Source of the DNA: Candidatus Amesbacteria bacterium
GTDB lineage: Bacteria > Patescibacteriota > Microgenomatia > CAZETR01 > Amesbacteraceae
Length of the DNA stretch: 41,106 nucleotides
Direction of reading: 5' to 3'
Assembly: GCA_016219445.1 (NCBI GenBank)
Contig: JACRNA010000019.1
Span: 1 to 41,106 of the forward strand
Under the pieces are notes generated by a model. The model was given only the letters and a program-made list of their open reading frames with translations, was not told the DNA's origin and made no database searches. Numbering within the stretch: position 1 is the first letter of the stretch; the number at the start of each line of letters is the position of its first letter. The position numbers and the translations under genes are program-made. This document shows positions 35,194 through 41,106 of the stretch, piece by piece.

Positions 35194-36422
35194 AACGACC
35201 TGAGATAACCATACCTACATTATTTGGAATTATGATTACCCTCGGAGGACTAGTGACCGGGTTGTGGTTGATGCGTAATACTACTTCTTTTAATACATCT
35301 GCATCAACAGATGAAGCTCCTACCAATATTCAGATCACCAATGTTTCAGATACCTCTTTTTCAGTTTCTTGGGTTACAGCCAAAGCTACCTCGGGATTTG
35401 TCAAATATGATGAGCTTGTCGTATCAGATGATCGGGATCAAGACAGGGGAAGTATTGGTAACTATTTTACTCATCTTGTTTCGATCCGGGGACTAAAAAC
35501 GTCTACTAATTATAAAATAAAGATTGGCTCAGGAAAATCTTTGGGGAGTGAATCTATCGTCACGACAGGTATGACACTGAGAAATCCGCCACCAGCAGAT
35601 GTAATTTATGGTCAAATTATGACCTCTGGTGGGGATCCGGCCGAAGGGGCATTGATCTATGTCAAACTTCCAGGTATTGTTCCCCAAGTAGCGCTCGTCA
35701 AGACTTCAGGATCCTGGGTAGTTCCATTGTCTATTTCCAGGACTTCTGATCTGACAAGCTTTGCTTCATATGACAAACAATCTGCCACAGCTGACATCTC
35801 TGTCCAGGCAGGACCTCTGGGTACAGCATCACAATCCGTTGCCTTATCAAATGCCAGACCCGTGGCGCCAATAATATTGGGAGAAAAGATTGTTGTTTTG
35901 CCGACACCGACTCCAGAAAGTACTCCTATCTCAAAGTTTTCAGACGACTCATTAGACGCATCAGTCTCAGCAACTCCATCAAAAATAAAACTAAATACTA
36001 TCAAGCCAAATGTATCGGGTGAAGCTCCTGCTGGAGCTGAAATAAGCATTGAAATAAATTCCAAAAATAAAATAACGGCAACCGTCAAAGCCAACAAAAA
36101 AGGTCAGTATGATTTCAAGATTCCAGAAGGGCTCGAACCCGGTGAACATACAATTACAGTATCAACTCTGGTTGATGGTGTTATCCAAAAAGTCACCAGA
36201 TCATTTATTGTCGAGGCTGCAGGCACAACTACTCTACCTACCTTTGCGGCAACACCGTCTGCAAAATTAAAGCCTATTCCGACACCAAAAGCCAGAGTAG
36301 CAATACCTGTCAAAAATGATCAACCCCGCTCAGGCAACTTCGAATTCAGTTTGTTACTGCTGTCAATCGGTGCTATTCTTATTACATCTGGTGTATTTGG
36401 ATTCAAAAATTATGGACGATAA
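35190..36422 (+). CDS. Surface protein with FN3-like and Ig-like domains, P/T linkers, and N- and C-terminal TM helices
   Basis: PTNIQITNVSDTSFSVSWVT...HLVSIRGLK...Y (FN3-like); GEAPAGAEI...LEPGEHTITV (Ig-like); QPRSG + TM + KNYGR. Confidence 0.8.
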   Translation: MKRPEITIPTLFGIMITLGGLVTGLWLMRNTTSFNTSASTDEAPTNIQITNVSDTSFSVSWVTAKATSGFVKYDELVVSDDRDQDRGSIGNYFTHLVSIRGLKTSTNYKIKIGSGKSLGSESIVTTGMTLRNPPPADVIYGQIMTSGGDPAEGALIYVKLPGIVPQVALVKTSGSWVVPLSISRTSDLTSFASYDKQSATADISVQAGPLGTASQSVALSNARPVAPIILGEKIVVLPTPTPESTPISKFSDDSLDASVSATPSKIKLNTIKPNVSGEAPAGAEISIEINSKNKITATVKANKKGQYDFKIPEGLEPGEHTITVSTLVDGVIQKVTRSFIVEAAGTTTLPTFAATPSAKLKPIPTPKARVAIPVKNDQPRSGNFEFSLLLLSIGAILITSGVFGFKNYGR

Positions 36423-38493
36423 TTACCAAGACTATTCGACCGAAGGTACTGCTCCGGTAGTTGTCCCCGGATCTGGTTCTGTTCCCGAACCCGTTGTTGT
36501 GCCCGACAACCCAATATTATTACCAGCTCCTGGTCCAGGACCAAGTAAGTCCCCCATGTCCAAGCGCATGAAATTTATGCTTGGTCTTTTTTCTGCCGTT
36601 ATTCTGGTCTCGGGCTTAGTAACAAGCTTGATGTTGGTCAAGCAAAAGCAAAACACAAGAATCCGTGCCATGCCAAATGTTTGTACTTGGGAAACTTGTG
36701 GAGACATAAAAACCCCAGAGGGTGAGGCCAAATGGAATGCTGGAGCATATGATCAAACTAGACTAGAGCACATTGGCGAAAATCCAGGCGCAGACGCAGC
36801 CTTTTTGGAGCGTATTAATGTTGCACTAGATAATCAGTCGCAAAACCAGGAAACTACTAATGTGGCAAACGACTTGAAAACGAATTTGTCAAATTTTACC
36901 AAAACTGCAAGTTCAACTGATGTCAGTGAACTTAATAAGTTACTCACATCGACCGTGACATTAAAAGATGGTACAACCGTGAGCCTTTCTAATGATGAAA
37001 AACAATTGCTTAAACAGGTTACTATTGCACCAAATACCCAAACAACAGATTCAAACGCTACAATCACCAATATAACCGGCGGTCTTCCATTGAAGGATAC
37101 TGTTATGGGACAAAGCATTGACAATGCTTGTAATTACGATTTAATTTGTAAAAAATATACAGACTGGCAAAATGGTTGGGATTTAGCCAGACATGATCAA
37201 AAATACTTAAATCAAAATTTGATTCCCAAACAAACTGAATATACCGATGTGGCAAAGGACTTGGATCCAAGTACACCGCTTCATCAAGTGGGTACTATCG
37301 AAAAAGATTCTTCAGGTAAGCTAGTAATTACTCAAGTATTTAGTGTCACATCAAACTCTGGGAATTGTGCTGATACAAATGAGTTATGTTGGGTTACAGA
37401 ACTAAACAAAAATGGTTATTCCTTCACTATTGCACCCGTAGGTAAAATGGTAGATGGTAAAATTGTCTACAATCAAACAGTTTCTGGGTCTTCCGTAATC
37501 GGTACCGATGCATTAAACAAAAAATTTAAGGATAATGGATGTGTTCAACCGGCAGCCAATATCACAGGAAATTCAACGGAGGCATGTATCTGTGGTGGTA
37601 AACAAAATGGTTATTATTGTGCTGATTGGGGGGGTAAAGATTTCTGTACAGGTGATGCTGAAGTCGCACTTGGAAAAACAAAAGGTAGTTTAACCTGTGG
37701 CAATGCACTATATCAAGCGTCCGGATATGATATTCATGGTGGATATGGTGGATATGGTGGATCTGCAACTCCAGCCAAATTCGAAAATGGACTACTTGTT
37801 TACACAATAACAACTACAACAGGAACTTTTACGGTTAAGTTTGATCCAAAAACAAAAAAGATTTTTTCTGTCACAGGAACGCTACCAAATAACTCTGTCA
37901 TTAAATTGTTTCAATGTCAAAATATTGAAAGTAATTGGGGTAAAGACTGTAGGGAAACACTTGTTAAAGAATTCACTATAGAAACACTAAAAACTTTAAC
38001 CCTTGGTGCATGTAATAGTATTCAACAATTAGATATAGATACGGGACTCGCAACTGGACATATATCTATTGATATAAGATCCGATTCTTCACTTTGTGGA
38101 ACGACGACTACGACGACATTTACACCCACTGGTGGTCCGCCGGCAGGTGGTGGCGGGAATCCGCCTACGACCACGACGTTTTCGGGATCGACACCCACAC
38201 CAACTCCGTCAACCAATCCCCAATTGGCTTGCTATCAATTGCAAATATTCAGAGGTGGAACTCAAATCCAACCTTGGCAGATAAATCAAGGTGATGCCTT
38301 AGTATTCAGAGGCTTTGCCTCAGTCAACGGTGGCGCCGTTGTTTCCAAAATGCGATTTGTAGTAACCGTAAATAGTGTCGCTCAAGCACCAGTTGACGTT
38401 AATGCTTCTCTGGTTGGTGGCTTGTATCAAGCTGATTTACCATATACTATTACTCAAAATACCAGTTATTCGGTTAGTACCACACCTATTTGA
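36412..38493 (+). CDS. Large membrane-anchored Cys/Thr/Gly-rich surface protein
   Basis: Start at MDDNY (36412); Pro-rich N-tail, TM helix, KQKQNTRIRA, long Cys-containing region, T/P/G linker, C-terminal beta-rich domain. Confidence 0.8.
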   Translation: MDDNYQDYSTEGTAPVVVPGSGSVPEPVVVPDNPILLPAPGPGPSKSPMSKRMKFMLGLFSAVILVSGLVTSLMLVKQKQNTRIRAMPNVCTWETCGDIKTPEGEAKWNAGAYDQTRLEHIGENPGADAAFLERINVALDNQSQNQETTNVANDLKTNLSNFTKTASSTDVSELNKLLTSTVTLKDGTTVSLSNDEKQLLKQVTIAPNTQTTDSNATITNITGGLPLKDTVMGQSIDNACNYDLICKKYTDWQNGWDLARHDQKYLNQNLIPKQTEYTDVAKDLDPSTPLHQVGTIEKDSSGKLVITQVFSVTSNSGNCADTNELCWVTELNKNGYSFTIAPVGKMVDGKIVYNQTVSGSSVIGTDALNKKFKDNGCVQPAANITGNSTEACICGGKQNGYYCADWGGKDFCTGDAEVALGKTKGSLTCGNALYQASGYDIHGGYGGYGGSATPAKFENGLLVYTITTTTGTFTVKFDPKTKKIFSVTGTLPNNSVIKLFQCQNIESNWGKDCRETLVKEFTIETLKTLTLGACNSIQQLDIDTGLATGHISIDIRSDSSLCGTTTTTTFTPTGGPPAGGGGNPPTTTTFSGSTPTPTPSTNPQLACYQLQIFRGGTQIQPWQINQGDALVFRGFASVNGGAVVSKMRFVVTVNSVAQAPVDVNASLVGGLYQADLPYTITQNTSYSVSTTPI

Positions 38494-38494
38494 T

Positions 38495-39844
38495 ATGAAA
38501 GACAATATTACAGTTATCAAAGCCCAAAATAAGTTTAAGCTGCCACAATTAAAATTGCCCGCTCCAAATCCGAAATTCCTGTTGGGAATGACGGCGATTC
38601 TAGCTATATTTTCTGTGATGACCGCAGGTCTACTTTATCGTCAACAGTCCAGTAGTTTTCAGTTTGTCGCCCGCAAAACCTCTGCAGCTACTACCCAAAC
38701 CATTTCTGATAATTTCAATGGGGCATCATTAAATACTGTTATGTGGGCTCCTGCCACAAACAATTCCGGAACAGCTACTTTGACAGGTGGAAATTTAGTA
38801 TTAAATATGCCAAGCAGTTCCGGTAATACTTTTAATAATATTCATACTATAAATACCTATACTGGCGACTTTACAGCAGAAGTTGATTTTATTTCCGTAA
38901 CTACCAATCCTGTTGCTTTAGTGGGGTCTCAAGAATTTAGCTTTGAAGTTTACGGTGCAAGTAACCAAGATGGGTTTATCCGTATCGCCAGATTTTCAGA
39001 TGGAAATTTAAATTCTTGGTCAAAGATTCCGGGATCAAATTCCATCATGGGTACTAATATTGCTGTCCCAGCGAGCCAAAATATACGGGTGAGAATTACT
39101 CGTGTTGGTAATATTGCCCAAACTTATTACAATCTAAACGATGGACAGGGGTTTAGATTACATTCATCATTTACAAATACATTTCTAGGTGACGGATTAT
39201 TGGAAATGTTTGATTTGAATTGGCAGACATTTCCAGAAGTAACAGGAACATTTGACAATTTTAATGCTCAGGTGAACTTGGTGGGAGCGCCGACACCGGT
39301 ACCTGGAACAAATGCTGCTTGCCAGACATTTTTCAATGTCCTGCCATTGTCAGCAACACCTACTCCATTCCCGACCCCCACTCCCACACCGACACCGACC
39401 CCCACTCCCACACCGACTCCGGTTGGGGCAAGTCCGACTCCGACACCTACTCCCGTCACAGGATGTAATTATGCGTGTACAAATAACGCTGATTGTCCAT
39501 CTACTTTGTTTTGTTACCAAGGGGCTTGCAGAAATGCATCGTGCTCGACTGCTGCCAGCTGTATCTGTGGCGGACCCACACCCACACCAGTACCCACGAC
39601 TCCGCCATTCTGTGCCAGTACCTGTACGACCAACAGCGAATGTCCGTCAACTATGATTTGTTACACAGGATCATGTCGCAACCCATCATGTGTGACAGCC
39701 ACCAATTGTCTCTGTGCTGGAGCGACACCCAATCCTACACCCCTGACCAAGCTTACCCAAGCTGGATCAGTCGCAGGCACCTGGACCATCTCAATTGCCG
39801 GCATCATCATGGTAGCTCTCGGAGCATTGATGTTGGCTTTCTAG
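38495..39844 (+). CDS. Surface protein with a beta-sandwich (lectin-like) domain, (PT)n linker, two 8-Cys repeats and an LTQAG-TM tail
   Basis: Start at MKDNI (38495); SDNFNGASLN...W, GDFTAEV, VRITRVGN, FDNF; PT tract with a 24-nt duplication at 39371-39418. Confidence 0.82.
   Translation: MKDNITVIKAQNKFKLPQLKLPAPNPKFLLGMTAILAIFSVMTAGLLYRQQSSSFQFVARKTSAATTQTISDNFNGASLNTVMWAPATNNSGTATLTGGNLVLNMPSSSGNTFNNIHTINTYTGDFTAEVDFISVTTNPVALVGSQEFSFEVYGASNQDGFIRIARFSDGNLNSWSKIPGSNSIMGTNIAVPASQNIRVRITRVGNIAQTYYNLNDGQGFRLHSSFTNTFLGDGLLEMFDLNWQTFPEVTGTFDNFNAQVNLVGAPTPVPGTNAACQTFFNVLPLSATPTPFPTPTPTPTPTPTPTPTPVGASPTPTPTPVTGCNYACTNNADCPSTLFCYQGACRNASCSTAASCICGGPTPTPVPTTPPFCASTCTTNSECPSTMICYTGSCRNPSCVTATNCLCAGATPNPTPLTKLTQAGSVAGTWTISIAGIIMVALGALMLAF
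39464..39715 (+). repeat. Two 35-aa Cys-rich repeats (Cx3Cx5Cx5Cx4Cx4Cx5CxC)
   Basis: 39464-39568 and 39611-39715 have identical Cys spacing and share CPST..CY.G.CRN.SC. Confidence 0.9.
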
Positions 39845-39856
39845 TAAAATAGTCCC

Positions 39857-40975
39857 ATGCTTGGATTGATCATTGCTTTTACTCTCATCACTAGACTTTG
39901 GAATCTACATTTACCCACTGAGTACTATTTTGACGAAGTTTACAATGCTTTTACTACTCAAGAGATTGTCAAAAATAATATCAAAGCTTATGAATGGTTT
40001 CACCCTTCACCTGTAGCCGGTACAGCTTATGGTTGGACTCACCCACCTTTGGCAAAGCTCATTTCAGCAATTGGTATTTTGCTATTTGGCGATAATAGTT
40101 TTGGTTGGCGGTTTTCTGGGGCTATTGCTGGAACAGCTGTTGTTTATCTGACTTATTTAATCGCCAAAGAAATAATTGACAAAAAATATGCCATGATAGC
40201 GGGATTTTTGGTTAGTCTCGATGGATTAGTTCTTGTCCAGTCACGGATAAACATGAATGACATCTATGCTTTATTCTTTATATTACTGGTATTTTATTTT
40301 TTTATCAAAAAACGGTTTTTATTATTGGCTATAGCCTTGGGTTTACTCTTGGCCACCAAATGGACCGGGCTTTATGCCATTGCGATTTTTGGATGGCGGA
40401 AAAATATCTTTGGAGTGCTAATTATTGTATTGGGAATTTACTTATTGTCTTACTCACATTATTTTTATCTGGGTGGAACCTGGCAAAATTTCATTGAACT
40501 TCAAAAACAAATGTGGTGGTACAATACCAATCTGACTGCCACTCACACCTACCAATCCTCCTGGTGGACTTGGCCTCTGGATCTTCGCTCCGTCTGGTAT
40601 TACGTCAATTATCAAAAAGATCAGATTGCCAATATCTATGCTTTGGGTAATCCGATAATTTTTTGGGCTGGAATACCGGCAATTTTATATACCCTTTATA
40701 AACGCAAATGGTTAATAGTCATTGGTTTCTTGGCTTTTTGGCTCCCCTGGGCTAGAGCTCCCCGCATAATGTTTCTTTATCATTATCTTCCCTCGATTCC
40801 ATTCTTGTGTCTCTCTATCTCTTATTCTCTATCTCAAATCAAGAATAAATATCTGACCATTGGGATTTGTGGCCTAGGTCTTGTGGCTTTTGTATATTTT
40901 TATCCACTTTGGACAGGTCTACCAGTACCCAAAGAATTTATTAATCAATATTTTTGGTTGCCGGGATGGAAATAA
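39857..40975 (+). CDS. Protein O-mannosyltransferase-like GT-C glycosyltransferase
   Basis: YFDEVY, HPPLAKL, FGWRF, ATKWTG, HTYQSSWWTWP, GNP..FW, MFLYHYLP; TAAAAT 6 nt before the ATG. Confidence 0.9.
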   Translation: MLGLIIAFTLITRLWNLHLPTEYYFDEVYNAFTTQEIVKNNIKAYEWFHPSPVAGTAYGWTHPPLAKLISAIGILLFGDNSFGWRFSGAIAGTAVVYLTYLIAKEIIDKKYAMIAGFLVSLDGLVLVQSRINMNDIYALFFILLVFYFFIKKRFLLLAIALGLLLATKWTGLYAIAIFGWRKNIFGVLIIVLGIYLLSYSHYFYLGGTWQNFIELQKQMWWYNTNLTATHTYQSSWWTWPLDLRSVWYYVNYQKDQIANIYALGNPIIFWAGIPAILYTLYKRKWLIVIGFLAFWLPWARAPRIMFLYHYLPSIPFLCLSISYSLSQIKNKYLTIGICGLGLVAFVYFYPLWTGLPVPKEFINQYFWLPGWK

Positions 40976-41106
40976 GCGCTATTGCCATCGTTATCTCGAC
41001 CATGGTTGCTACTTGGGCATCTTTTTTGGTTTCATTCCTATATAAAGACCTTCTCACCTGGCCGGCCATATTATCTTTTTATATTACTTTTTTAATCATA
41101 ATAAAA
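40966..41106 (+). CDS. Integral membrane protein, 5' fragment
   Basis: Open hydrophobic frame MEISAIAIVISTMVATWASFLVSFLYKDLLTWPAILSFYITFLIIIK overlapping the PMT stop and running off the window. Confidence 0.55.
   Translation, partial: MEISAIAIVISTMVATWASFLVSFLYKDLLTWPAILSFYITFLIIIK

Noticed and set aside
36316-38494. Upstream starts given by the track at 36316 and 38375 (likewise 1325, 5464, 6155, 7672, 11211, 12771, 33562+)
   Set aside because: They overlap neighbouring genes or promoters; downstream ATGs match family N-termini or coupling patterns better.
39-39852. The many short ORFs antisense to or nested in core genes (e.g. 39..281, 8855..9214, 11548..11997, 32061..32414, 35657..36097)
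   Set aside because: Shadow frames of well-supported genes, with no motifs or independent expression signals.
1-41106. tRNA, rRNA, prophage, intron or intein
   Set aside because: No cloverleaf or rRNA-like stretch in the short intergenic gaps, no phage structural or integrase genes, and EF-G, EF-Tu, PNPase and LepA are of normal length.

Overview
A 41-kb core-genome segment of a Patescibacteria (CPR) bacterium, probably Microgenomates-like. The assignment is inferred from the missing rpmD (L30), N-terminally short IF-2, near-absence of Shine-Dalgarno sites and the surface-protein types; TGA acts as a stop. The left half holds fusA, tuf and the S10-spc ribosomal protein operon to secY on the minus strand. 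Accessory islets interrupt it: a nuclease / small partner / AbiEii-like nucleotidyltransferase / AAA+ ATPase block between rplO and secY, and a decaying toxin-antitoxin, AAA+ ATPase and orphan-ORF block between fusA and tuf. The right half holds dnaJ, nusA, infB, a degenerate DHH protein, rpsO, pnp, a protease-less Lon AAA+ module, vapBC, udg, rnj, a RAYT/IS200-like HUH tyrosine transposase, lepA, murJ, rpsT, and a pilN-pilO / surface-protein / O-mannosyltransferase cluster. The most notable unexplained structures are: (1) short REP-like palindromes at accessory-gene boundaries, one of which supplies the -35 box of the HUH transposase; (2) two related (AAC)n-spacer sigma70-like promoters in inverted orientation around fusA, with 17 and 20 bp spacers, each in front of an orphan microprotein ORF; (3) pervasive leaderless or short-leader promoters, two of them bidirectional; (4) heptamer/nonamer repeats that invade coding sequences in frame. 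Family names come from motif recognition only; no database search was run.
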